NCBI GenBank assembly: GCA_900545075.1
Contig: UQXT01000001.1
Location: 1 to 56,686, forward strand
Length of the DNA stretch: 56,686 bases
Direction: 5' to 3'
From: an uncultured Collinsella sp.
Lineage (GTDB): Bacteria > Actinomycetota > Coriobacteriia > Coriobacteriales > Coriobacteriaceae
Numbering within the stretch: position 1 is the first letter of the stretch; each line of letters begins with the position of its first letter. A program made the translations under genes and the position numbers. Below the pieces are notes generated by a model, which was not told the DNA's origin, ran no database searches, and saw only the letters and a program-made list of their open reading frames with translations. Shown here piece after piece: positions 1 to 9,460 of this stretch.

Positions 1-2
1 GG

Positions 3-1133
3 CTCAACCTAAACGGTGCGTGGTACTGGCTCGATCCCTCGACGCACGCCATGGCCACGGGCGTTCAAACTATCGGATCATGTGAATACATATTTAATAG
101 TACCGGCAAGATGATGGCTAATTGCTGGTCAAACGGTGATGGGTCTTGGATGTATCATTCGTCATCCAGCGGCGCAATTGACCTTAAAGGCATCATGACC
201 GATTCGGGAATCCAGCTGATTGACGACGACGGTAATGCCAGAACTGGTTGGATTGAGAGTCAGGGTGCTCGATATTATTGTTCTGCTAGTGGAGTAATTC
301 TGACTGGGTGGCAGCAAATTGCTGGGTCTTGGTATTACTTTAACCCGGATGGTCGAATGGCGACCGGCTGGCTTAACGATGGCAGCAACTGGTACTGGCT
401 GGATTCCGCTTCTGGCGCGATGAAAACGGGATGGCTTTCCCTTGGGGGCACATGGTATTACCTTGATGCCGCACGTGGGGGAGTAATGTTGAGCAACGGT
501 TGGTATTGGATCGGCTCTACTGACTACAAGTTCAGTTCATCCGGCGCAATGGTTGGCGCTTGGGTCGATGTCCCGTGCTATTTGCAGTACCCGGAACTTC
601 CTACTGGCTGTGAGTCGGTTGCCCTTACAAACTTGCTTAACTACTATGGTTTCGGTTTAGGTAAGACGATTATTGCGGATTATTACTTGCCCAAGGGAAG
701 CAACGGCAACTTTGTTACCGCCTTTGATGGCAACCCAAGGCGTAGCAGCGGGGGTCTCATGGGATGCGTCGCTCCTGCGATTACTATTGCTGGTAATAAC
801 TTTCTGCGCGCTGCGGGAAGTATCATGCAGGCAAAAGACGTTTCTTTCTCGTCAATTTCTTCCATTAAGAACAGACTGACCTGTGGACAACCTGTTGAGA
901 TGTGGAATACCGAATGGGGAAGTTGGCCAGGAGGCCGTTATGCTGCTCGTTGGTATAACGGGCATTCCTATGGTCTGTGGGGCGGTAATCATGCCGTAGT
1001 CCTTAAAGGCTATGATGACGAGCAGGGAATTGTCTATCTTTCGGATTCGATTAACGGCAATGTTACGCGAAATGCCCAGGTGTTCTTCGGCACGTGGCAA
1101 CAGATGGATAGCCAGGCTGTGGTAATTGAATAG
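3..1133 (+). CDS. Cell-wall/choline-binding repeat protein with C-terminal C39-like cysteine peptidase domain; 5' end lies outside the window
   Basis: Frame is open from position 3 (LNLNGAWYWLDPSTHAM...). GWxxxxGxWYY repeats, then VPCYLQYPELPTGCE...HAVVLKGYD...SDS (Cys-His-Asp). Confidence 0.85.
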   Translation, partial: LNLNGAWYWLDPSTHAMATGVQTIGSCEYIFNSTGKMMANCWSNGDGSWMYHSSSSGAIDLKGIMTDSGIQLIDDDGNARTGWIESQGARYYCSASGVILTGWQQIAGSWYYFNPDGRMATGWLNDGSNWYWLDSASGAMKTGWLSLGGTWYYLDAARGGVMLSNGWYWIGSTDYKFSSSGAMVGAWVDVPCYLQYPELPTGCESVALTNLLNYYGFGLGKTIIADYYLPKGSNGNFVTAFDGNPRRSSGGLMGCVAPAITIAGNNFLRAAGSIMQAKDVSFSSISSIKNRLTCGQPVEMWNTEWGSWPGGRYAARWYNGHSYGLWGGNHAVVLKGYDDEQGIVYLSDSINGNVTRNAQVFFGTWQQMDSQAVVIE

Positions 1134-1142
1134 CCATGATGC

Positions 1143-1177
1143 TAAAAGGGGAGAGCTCGTCGAGCTCTCCCCTTTTA
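1143..1177. terminator. Bidirectional intrinsic terminator
   Basis: Perfect 17-bp inverted repeat TAAAAGGGGAGAGCTCG-T-CGAGCTCTCCCCTTTTA between convergent genes. Confidence 0.85.
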
Positions 1178-1194
1178 CTATATTGTTAATCAAG

Positions 1195-2136
1195 CTACGC
1201 CGTCTTATTACGTCCAAATAGTTCGTCCCAGTTACTAGCTGCCAAAACTGTTCCGCATACAATTACAACGCAGCAGATTACGGATGCCATATCGGGAATT
1301 GTTCCAAGCAAGATCAGGCCAAAGACCACCGACCATGCCGAATAGGAGATATTCAGAGCCATCGCACGCGCTGCTCCGATTGCCGCAATCCCCTTGTAAT
1401 AGAACAGATAGGATGCAGTTCCTGCGAGTCCGGCGAGTGCAATAATCAATGTAGGCATGCTCGGGATGGCACCCAGCGTGAAATGCCATGCTCCGAAGAG
1501 GGGGAGTACAAGCACTCCATAAACAAGCGCACTTGTAGTTTCGCGGATTTGCAAAGCCGTTTCGTCATCAACGGCATCATCTTTCATTCCCCATGCGCAC
1601 AGCACCGCTTCGGATCCCCATCCGATAACAGCAAGCACCGCGCCGAGTAAGCCGAGGGGGGCATTTGCAATCTCGCTCGATCCGGCCGATAGATAGCCCA
1701 TCGTCATTACGCCGCAAAGAGCAACGAGAAGGGAAAGAATCTGTCCTTTGCCCATTTTCTCCTTCAGCAGCACGAAAGAAAGGAATGCTCCGACAGCGGG
1801 ATAGAAGGCGGATATAATTGCCGTGTAGGCTGCTCCGATATTATTAATCGCCAATACGTATCCGGTCATTCCGATAGGTCCACCGAGCAGTGCGCCGGCG
1901 ATGACGACCTTGCCCGAACGAGTTTTAAGTGCAGCGAGCGTGTCTTTTAATCTGCCTCGAACTCCCATGTACCCAAAGAGCCAGATCGCACAGAAGGCAT
2001 CATGGAGAAAAGATCCCGCAATGGAGGCACATGCAAGCGCTTCCGCCGATCCAATATAGGGCGCGAGCGCCAAACCGATTCCAAGTATTACTGTATCAAG
2101 GCCCCAAAGAAGACCGCTAAAAAAGCCGAATTGCAT
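1195..2136 (-). CDS. licB: DMT/EamA-family transporter, probable choline permease (LicB-like)
   Basis: 313-aa highly hydrophobic protein with two EamA-like halves, directly downstream of the LicC-LicA fusion. Confidence 0.75.
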   Translation of the reverse strand: MQFGFFSGLLWGLDTVILGIGLALAPYIGSAEALACASIAGSFLHDAFCAIWLFGYMGVRGRLKDTLAALKTRSGKVVIAGALLGGPIGMTGYVLAINNIGAAYTAIISAFYPAVGAFLSFVLLKEKMGKGQILSLLVALCGVMTMGYLSAGSSEIANAPLGLLGAVLAVIGWGSEAVLCAWGMKDDAVDDETALQIRETTSALVYGVLVLPLFGAWHFTLGAIPSMPTLIIALAGLAGTASYLFYYKGIAAIGAARAMALNISYSAWSVVFGLILLGTIPDMASVICCVVIVCGTVLAASNWDELFGRNKTA

Positions 2137-2138
2137 CG

Positions 2139-3911
2139 TTACTCACCTTTTCGATAGATCTCCAGTGCCTTTTTAAGGTATTTGGCACTGTAATTGAAGT
2201 AGATATAGAGCCATTCGCCTACGAAGTCGCCTTCGGCTTCTTTCAGAAGAGACCAGAGGTACCAGCACCATCCTGCAAGGGCAATGTGCGCATAGTTATG
2301 TGCAACTTCGTTGTTTGTTGCCTTGCGCCCAAAATATGCATCAAGCGCGCGGTCGACTTCATCTTCGGAAAGCTCGCAGCAGACACTGCACGTTCCAAAA
2401 TCGTTTGCATAATCGCTCATGCCAGCATATTCCCAGTCAATGAGATAGTACTTGTCGTTTTCATCGATAAGGAAATTGAGGTAAAAGAAGTCATTGTGAC
2501 AAAGGCATTTTGGCGCATTGTCGGCCTGGACAAAGTGCTCCAATTCATCGATTTCGGCGGCCATTTCCCTGTAGCCTGGAATGTCGATAGGGCCTTTTTC
2601 CAGAAGAAGTGATTCGTAGCGCTTCGCTTCGAGGTAGAAGTCAAATTCGGTTTCGACATTTGCACCGCTCTCGTGAAGCGAACGACACATCTGCATCATT
2701 CGATTCATTTGGGCATCATCATGCGGATCAGGCTGCTTTGCGTTGGGTACAAACTTCGAAATTTTCCAACCGCGCTTTGGGTCCTCATGAATGAACGTGT
2801 CGTCAAGGCCGAGTTCCTTGGCCTTTTTAAGTGCGGCTACTTCTCCATTTCTGTTAATAAGCAGTTCGGTCCCGACTCCCGGATGGCGGTAAACGTACTC
2901 TCCGTCATTGGTTCTAAAGTGGCACGATAGATTCGTAAGACCTTGTTTAAGGGGATAAACGTCGTGAATCTCTGATTTGGAGCAGCCGAGCACTTGCTCG
3001 ATGTTATCGAAAATATCGGAGTCAACGTTTTCGATAAAATGCGGATCAAAGGCACGCAGTTCATCAAGAGAATCGAATTCATTGATCTCGCCCTCAGGAT
3101 ACTTTTTGATCACCATATCGAGCTCCTTGATGTGCTCGATATATAGATCTTCCCAAAGCTTGTCCGTTGTTTCGGGCTTGTTATATTCCGTTTCGAGAAT
3201 CTGCTTAAATGCAAGCGAGAAGGCTTTATCAAAGTAGACATGTCCGAGCATATACCAAGCATCGGAACCGCCAATCGTAACATTGGTGATTCTGTCCATT
3301 GCTCCGGTTTGAATGCACCATTCTTTGGTGGCGCCTTCAGCATATTGAGCAGAATAAAATGCTTTCCAAACGTATGCTTCAAACGGATTGTTTAGAAGGT
3401 AATCATCGCTTGAACAAATATAGGTGTTGCCAAGCCGCTCTTTTACGCACATAAGCGATGCGTGGTTATTTTTGGATGCATATTCGTTGTTGACGACAAT
3501 CGAAACGCCGAACTTGCTTTCGAGATAGAAGAAATACTCTTTTTTATAGCCGACAACGACGGTGATATTGCTGATACCTGCGTCTTGCAGCTGCCTAATC
3601 TGACGTTCGATGAGAATCTCACCACGTACCTTTAAAAGGCCTTTGGGCTTTTCATACGAAATGGGAGCAAAGCGGCTCGAAAGCCCCGCAGCCAATATCA
3701 CTGCGTTTTCAACCTTATAGGGGTGAAGTGCTTCGTAACCGTTGTCGGTTAGGCTGTCCGATTCGAGAAGGCCTTCATTCGTAAGCTCTTTATTTGCTGC
3801 GTTTACCGATCCAAGTGAGAGGCCAGTGCGCTCGGCAACTTCTCGCTGGCTGGCATATGGGTTCTTTAGGTATTCGTACAGAACAGTAAAGTTACGCTTG
3901 GTCAGTTCCAC
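2139..3911 (-). CDS. HTH + phosphocholine cytidylyltransferase (LicC) + choline kinase (LicA) fusion
   Basis: N-terminal SQREVAERTGLSLGSVN helix-turn-helix; AVILAAGLSSRF...PKGLL NTP-transferase motif; CHNDF...LIDWEYAG kinase motifs. GTG start at 3911 follows GGAGG. Confidence 0.9.
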   Translation of the reverse strand: MELTKRNFTVLYEYLKNPYASQREVAERTGLSLGSVNAANKELTNEGLLESDSLTDNGYEALHPYKVENAVILAAGLSSRFAPISYEKPKGLLKVRGEILIERQIRQLQDAGISNITVVVGYKKEYFFYLESKFGVSIVVNNEYASKNNHASLMCVKERLGNTYICSSDDYLLNNPFEAYVWKAFYSAQYAEGATKEWCIQTGAMDRITNVTIGGSDAWYMLGHVYFDKAFSLAFKQILETEYNKPETTDKLWEDLYIEHIKELDMVIKKYPEGEINEFDSLDELRAFDPHFIENVDSDIFDNIEQVLGCSKSEIHDVYPLKQGLTNLSCHFRTNDGEYVYRHPGVGTELLINRNGEVAALKKAKELGLDDTFIHEDPKRGWKISKFVPNAKQPDPHDDAQMNRMMQMCRSLHESGANVETEFDFYLEAKRYESLLLEKGPIDIPGYREMAAEIDELEHFVQADNAPKCLCHNDFFYLNFLIDENDKYYLIDWEYAGMSDYANDFGTCSVCCELSEDEVDRALDAYFGRKATNNEVAHNYAHIALAGWCWYLWSLLKEAEGDFVGEWLYIYFNYSAKYLKKALEIYRKGE

Positions 3912-3959
3912 TGCAGGCCTCCAATTAAGATGTTCATTGCTTAGGGAAAGAATAGAATG

Positions 3960-3978
3960 ATTGAACGTTATGTTCAAT
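3960..3978. promoter_or_regulatory. Palindromic operator candidate in divergent promoter region
   Basis: ATTGAAC-GTTAT-GTTCAAT in the AT-rich spacer between the lic operon and the NlpC/P60 gene. Confidence 0.45.
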
Positions 3979-4076
3979 TTAATATATTTATCTACATAGA
4001 CTGAACAGACAGTAACGAAAATCAATCCTGGAATGTGGATTAAAATAAATAAATGAGATATCTGGGAGGGTCGCTT

Positions 4077-6248
4077 ATGTATCGATTCGAAAAGAAGGCC
4101 ACGCTTGTTTGTGCTGCTGCGTCATTAATCACTGCTTGCTGCTTGCCCCTGAGTGCGAATGTCGCGTTTGCACAGGATTCCGTTGAGGCTCAGAGTATTG
4201 AGTCAAAAGCGGATTTTTCTTCTGTGGTTTCCGATGATTTGCAACCTGATAATTCTTCCGTCATAAAAGATGGCTGGCAACGAGACGAGTCGTCTGGAGT
4301 TTGGTATTACGGAAAAAACGGTAAACACCAAACTGGCTGGCCGCAAAGCGGGGGCTATTGGTATTGGCTTGATCCAGCCAATGATGGTGCAATGCAGACA
4401 GGTTATTTCAATGTGACCGATGCTGGCGGATCGACTGCTTCGTTTTATGCGAATGACGGCAATGCCGCAACGCCTTTTGGCGCGCTATATCAGAACTGCT
4501 GGCTACGTAACTCAGATGGAAATTGGTTTTATGCCAATGCTGGAGGCGATTTAGCTGCTGGTTGGTTTTATCAAGACGGCACATGGTATTACCTGGATCC
4601 TGCCACCCATATAATGCAGGTTGGTTTTGTCGACCTCGGGAGCGGGAAATACTATTTAGATGCCACTGGTGCTATGAAAACCGGCTGGATTCTCGTTGAC
4701 GGGAATTGGTACTGGGCTTATTCATCGGGTGCTCTTGCTTCGTCATGGCAAACGATAGGTGGGGCTCGCTATTATTTTGACCCACAGACGTTCATCATGT
4801 TTAAGGGTCGTCAAAAGATTGATGGAAGAACCTACATTTTTGGTGACTATGGCCTCGCAAATGGATGGTACAAAGACGGAGCAGATTGGTATTACTGCTC
4901 TAACGGTATTGCGGCCACTGGCTGGAAACTCGTTAACGGCGCTTGGTATTATCTCGACCCAGCCTCCGATGGTAAGATGTCCCTTGGGTATTTAGACCTT
5001 GGCAATGCAGCATATTATTTGAACCCCAATGGGGTTATGGCTGTTGGCTGGGCTCAGTCCGAGAACGGCTGGTATCTAGCCTCTCAATCTGGTGCGCTTA
5101 TTTCTGACTGGTATAAAGAAGGCGCTAGCTGGTATTACCTGGACCCTGTTAGCCATCTAATGAAAACGGGCTTATTTGAGGTGAGCGGCAACGATTGTTT
5201 TGCAAACCAGAGCGGTAGGCTCGTGGTTTCAAGCTGGGTTACCGTTAATGATGGCGTTGAAAGATATGCCGATGATAATGGATATCTTTGCAAGGATGTG
5301 ATTCGCGAAAACGGCGCTATTCTAAAAACCGCTGGAGCTGATGGTTGGCAGGTTGCGTCCGGCTGGGTTAATGTCGCAAATCTAAGGTTTTACGCTGAGC
5401 CCGGAACGGGTGCCATTCATCTTGGATGGCTGCAGATTGACGGCGATTGGTATTGCCTTGATGCCAATTCTGGCGTGATGAAGACCGGATGGGTTTTTAC
5501 TGGTGGTTCATGGTATTACCTAAACGCTGACGGAAAAATGGCAACTGGTTGGAAATGCCTGAATGGAACATGGTATTACCTTGAGTCCAATGGAAGCATG
5601 CATGTTGGCTGGCTTAAAGATTCGGGTAAGTGGTATTGGTTAGACGGCAGCGGCGCTATGGCAACGGGCGCAAGGACCATCGACGGTGTTCGCCGAATTT
5701 TCTGGAGCGATGGCCAGTGCGACAAAGTTGGCTGGCAAAATCCATCCCAGTATCCTCAGGTCAGTTCTTGGACTGTTCAGCTGCCTAGCTATTGCACCGG
5801 ATACTTTACCTATGTGACCCCTTCTCGCATTTCTGTCGAAGCAACGCGGGAAGATTGCGTGAACGCCTTTATCCAGCGCGCCTATGAGTATATCGGTACG
5901 CAATATATTGAGCCTTGGTCTACCGCTCCCGGTGGAGCTGTTGATTGCTCTGGTTTTGTCTTGCAGTGCCTTTATGCTACTGGCATGGATATGGGTGTTT
6001 ACAACCCTTATAACCATCGCTGGGATCCAAGCCAAACCTACAATTCCATGAATTGGTATCGAAGCAATATCTTTATGCCCGTGAGCACGAGCTCGATTCA
6101 ACGCGGCGATGTGATTTATTACCGCGGTCATATTGCAATTGCACTTGGCGGCGGCTTGATGATTGATTCCTGGCCTCATCAAGGTGTCGGAATTCATCCT
6201 ATTAGCGCAAGGGGAAATGTAATCGGCGCAGCTCGTCCGTTTATTTAA
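4077..6248 (+). CDS. Secreted choline-binding-repeat protein with C-terminal NlpC/P60 peptidoglycan hydrolase
   Basis: Signal peptide ending VAFA; many GW..WYYL repeats; DCSGFV and HIAI motifs. ATG at 4077 follows GGAGG. Confidence 0.9.
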   Translation: MYRFEKKATLVCAAASLITACCLPLSANVAFAQDSVEAQSIESKADFSSVVSDDLQPDNSSVIKDGWQRDESSGVWYYGKNGKHQTGWPQSGGYWYWLDPANDGAMQTGYFNVTDAGGSTASFYANDGNAATPFGALYQNCWLRNSDGNWFYANAGGDLAAGWFYQDGTWYYLDPATHIMQVGFVDLGSGKYYLDATGAMKTGWILVDGNWYWAYSSGALASSWQTIGGARYYFDPQTFIMFKGRQKIDGRTYIFGDYGLANGWYKDGADWYYCSNGIAATGWKLVNGAWYYLDPASDGKMSLGYLDLGNAAYYLNPNGVMAVGWAQSENGWYLASQSGALISDWYKEGASWYYLDPVSHLMKTGLFEVSGNDCFANQSGRLVVSSWVTVNDGVERYADDNGYLCKDVIRENGAILKTAGADGWQVASGWVNVANLRFYAEPGTGAIHLGWLQIDGDWYCLDANSGVMKTGWVFTGGSWYYLNADGKMATGWKCLNGTWYYLESNGSMHVGWLKDSGKWYWLDGSGAMATGARTIDGVRRIFWSDGQCDKVGWQNPSQYPQVSSWTVQLPSYCTGYFTYVTPSRISVEATREDCVNAFIQRAYEYIGTQYIEPWSTAPGGAVDCSGFVLQCLYATGMDMGVYNPYNHRWDPSQTYNSMNWYRSNIFMPVSTSSIQRGDVIYYRGHIAIALGGGLMIDSWPHQGVGIHPISARGNVIGAARPFI

Positions 6249-6290
6249 TAGATTCCCTGCAAGACAGTCGGTACCGGTTGGGGGCTTGAA

Positions 6291-8360
6291 ATGAATGCTC
6301 GGATTGATCATCGAATTTGCTGGCGAGTAATTGGCTTGATGCTATTTTCCGCCTTACTTTCAGTTACAGCCCCCGCATTTTCTTGCACTGCTTATGCCGT
6401 GGAAGAGGGGGCGGATAACGGTGTCGTAGAGCGTGACTCGACAGGAGGGCCGGGAGCATTGGTCGGTGGCGGTTGCTCTCAAGACTCCAGCGATTGTGCC
6501 GGCAAAACAACGGAAGATTCGAGCCTACAGGTTGTCGAAAGCCATGACCCGTCGACTACAGAACAACTATCTGGATGGCAATGGAACGGTTTGTCCTGGT
6601 ATTACTATCTAGATGGCTGTCGTTTGACCGGAATTCAGAATATTGACGACTTGCTGTACTACTTGGACCCCGCTCGTGACGGCGCAATGAGCTGCGGCTG
6701 GATTTTTACTGAAAATAAGTGGTATTACGCGGGTCCGTCAGGCGCTTTGGCAAGTGGCTGGCAGTTTATTGGAGACCAATGGTACTGGTTTGACTCCCTT
6801 AACAGCTGTTCTATGGCTACTGGTCGACGTGTTATTGATGGGCACCCTTATCTTCTTGGAACCTATGGACTGATTAATGGATGGTACCTTGATAACGGTT
6901 TATGGTATTGGGGTAGCAATGGTGAAGTCTTAACCGGCTGGCTTCAAACTGGCAATAACTGGTATTGGCTTGATCCCGCCAATGATGGTGTTATGTCTAG
7001 AGGAATCGTTTCTGTCGGTTCGTCTCGTTACTATTTATCGGATTCCGGCGCAATGGCTGTTGGTTGGGCGTTTGATGGGACGGACTGGTATTACGCTGAC
7101 GGTTCCGGCGCACTTGCATCGGGCTGGCGTTTGGTGAATGGCGTTTGGTATTGGCTCGATGTCGCAAATGACAATAGAATGGCTACCGGCTTTTATGTCA
7201 TCGGATCCAACCGGTATCATTTTTCTTCAACGGGAGCGTTGTCACTTGGCTGGTTTATGAGCGATGGAGACTGGTATTACGCTGAGCCTTCTCAAGCGTC
7301 GGGCATTATAAAGACTGAATGGCTGAAGGACGGTGGTCAATACTATTATCTCGATCCTGCCGCCGACGGTAAAATGCTTCTTGGTCATTTTTCTGTAAAT
7401 GGGAAAAGCTATTATGCAAAAGCTTCAGGCGCTGTTGCTTGTCGTGAATGGGTAGATGTCCAGGACTCGGTTCAGGATGAGCCATCTAAGGCTTTTGCTG
7501 GTTCTGATTGCTCATTGTGTGGAGCATTGCGTAATGGAAAACTGTTTACATCAAACGGCGATGGCGAATTGGCCGAAGCTCACGGGTTTGTGATGCTTGG
7601 AGGCTGTAAGTTCTATGCTGATTCAACCGATGGCTCCCCCTGCGCTGGATGGAAGAACGTTAACGGAAAATGGTACTTTTTTGATGAGACCGCTGGCTAT
7701 GCACGATCTGGCTGGCTGTACAAGGATGGCTCCTGGTTCTATTTAGATCCGTCCACTTATGCTATGAAAACCGGTTGGGTTGCCGTTAACGGATCTTGGT
7801 ATTACTTGAATTCGTCTGGTTATATGCAGACAGGATGGCTCAATCTGGGCGTCACCTGGTATTGGCTTGATGCTAGTGGAGCTATGGCTACTGGCTGGCG
7901 CGTTGTGGACGGATCCTGGAATTTCTTTATGGCTAACGGCGCGTGGGTGTCAGACTATATGGATGCTAAGGCTCAAAGTTATTCAAGCAATACAAATTGG
8001 CTGATACTTGTCGATACGTCACGTTGCGTTACGAGTATTTACACTGGATCCTGGAATAACTGGTCCTTAAACCGTCGATATGTATGTTCGACGGGAAAAG
8101 CTAGCACGCCTACGGTGATAGGGGAGTATCAAGTCTACGGTAAGGGATACTCCTTTGGGCATGGATATACTTGCTATTACTACACGCAGTTCTATGGTGA
8201 TTACTTATTCCATTCCTCACCCTACTACGTCAACAGCAACCGCGTGATGGATCCCACGATGGGCGTTCCATCCTCTGCTGGATGCGTACGCCTTGAGATT
8301 CAGAATGCAAAATGGATTTACGATAACATTCCTTATGGAACAAAGGTTGTTACTTATTGA
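6291..8360 (+). CDS. Secreted choline-binding-repeat protein with C-terminal YkuD L,D-transpeptidase domain
   Basis: Signal peptide ending AYA; GW repeats; CSTGKASTPT..G and FHS...SAGCVRL motifs. Confidence 0.9.
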   Translation: MNARIDHRICWRVIGLMLFSALLSVTAPAFSCTAYAVEEGADNGVVERDSTGGPGALVGGGCSQDSSDCAGKTTEDSSLQVVESHDPSTTEQLSGWQWNGLSWYYYLDGCRLTGIQNIDDLLYYLDPARDGAMSCGWIFTENKWYYAGPSGALASGWQFIGDQWYWFDSLNSCSMATGRRVIDGHPYLLGTYGLINGWYLDNGLWYWGSNGEVLTGWLQTGNNWYWLDPANDGVMSRGIVSVGSSRYYLSDSGAMAVGWAFDGTDWYYADGSGALASGWRLVNGVWYWLDVANDNRMATGFYVIGSNRYHFSSTGALSLGWFMSDGDWYYAEPSQASGIIKTEWLKDGGQYYYLDPAADGKMLLGHFSVNGKSYYAKASGAVACREWVDVQDSVQDEPSKAFAGSDCSLCGALRNGKLFTSNGDGELAEAHGFVMLGGCKFYADSTDGSPCAGWKNVNGKWYFFDETAGYARSGWLYKDGSWFYLDPSTYAMKTGWVAVNGSWYYLNSSGYMQTGWLNLGVTWYWLDASGAMATGWRVVDGSWNFFMANGAWVSDYMDAKAQSYSSNTNWLILVDTSRCVTSIYTGSWNNWSLNRRYVCSTGKASTPTVIGEYQVYGKGYSFGHGYTCYYYTQFYGDYLFHSSPYYVNSNRVMDPTMGVPSSAGCVRLEIQNAKWIYDNIPYGTKVVTY

Positions 8361-8450
8361 TATTAGGCACTCGTTTTAAGAGACAGGGATAAATACTCTA
8401 TTTTTAAAAGAGTTTCTTTTAACTGAGGGTGCTTTGATAATCTTTAAGCA

Positions 8451-9416
8451 ATGAATTTGGGAGGATTTTTGGAAATAGAAATGGGAAATGATATTGGCGT
8501 ATGCGTACTTCTCTCAGCTTATAAACCCGATCTTAAGTTTTTCGCGGAACAACTTGATTCGATAGATAAACAAACGTTTCCGCTTACGCTTCTAGTTAGA
8601 AATGACTGCCCTGAATCGGATTCATTAGAGCGGTTTATCCAAGCGCATATAACGAAAAACGCCTATCGGTATTATCACGGTGATAATAATCTCGGTTATG
8701 TCAAATCGTTCGAGGCGCTGCTCTCCTTGGCGGAAGGGGATTACGTAGTACTTTGCGATCAGGATGATATTTGGGAGCCTAATAGAGTTGAAGTTTCGCT
8801 CAACCATATGCTTGAAGAAGGCTCAATTCTAGATGTTTGTGATAGATCGGTAATTGACGAAAACGGAAATATTCTGGTAAAGAGTTATAGGAAAGCTCAT
8901 CCTAATTCGCCGGAAGTAAATTGGTGCTCTGGAGAGGATATTACTGTACAGGCCGCAAGCGTATGTTACGGCATTGGTATGGCTCTCATGTTAGATGCGA
9001 GTGCGGCGAAGTCGATGATTCCCTTTCCGGAATCGACTGCACATGACTTGTGGTTGACATTGGGTTGCAGTGAACTGGGGAAGTGCAGCTTTACTATGAC
9101 TCCTTTGGTTAAGTATCGTCGACATGGTGGTAACGAAACTGGATTCCTTGCAGGTGTTTCTTCAAAAGATGATTGGTATTCGACAAGAGTTAAAAACAGG
9201 GTTGATACTGCTAGGCGATTTGCCGATAGATTTCCCGATTCACCGCATCTAAAGGAAATATTGGGGTTCGCTGAAGCAAGGGAGCGGCGCTCCATAATTG
9301 GTTTACTTAAATACCGACGAGCTTGCCCGTCTATCGCTAAAGCAGATATTATTATACGTCTTATGCCGAATTGGCTGTTTATTTTGATTTTAAAAGAACT
9401 TAAAGCTGCGAGATAG
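8451..9416 (+). CDS. GT2 glycosyltransferase (rhamnosyltransferase-like); true start may be 8469 or 8481
   Basis: LLSAY, LCDQDDIW, HDLW and YRRHGGN motifs. Confidence 0.85.
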   Translation: MNLGGFLEIEMGNDIGVCVLLSAYKPDLKFFAEQLDSIDKQTFPLTLLVRNDCPESDSLERFIQAHITKNAYRYYHGDNNLGYVKSFEALLSLAEGDYVVLCDQDDIWEPNRVEVSLNHMLEEGSILDVCDRSVIDENGNILVKSYRKAHPNSPEVNWCSGEDITVQAASVCYGIGMALMLDASAAKSMIPFPESTAHDLWLTLGCSELGKCSFTMTPLVKYRRHGGNETGFLAGVSSKDDWYSTRVKNRVDTARRFADRFPDSPHLKEILGFAEARERRSIIGLLKYRRACPSIAKADIIIRLMPNWLFILILKELKAAR

Positions 9417-9460
9417 CTCCGTATCCTCATTTCGACAGGTTTAGAAGGGCGCTTATATTT

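Noticed and set aside
3963..3975. LexA (Cheo) box
   Set aside because: The spacer is 5 nt (GAAC-N5-GTTC), not the canonical 4.
4260..7950. CRISPR-like periodicity
   Set aside because: Degenerate protein-coding cell-wall-binding repeats; no identical repeats with spacers and no cas genes.
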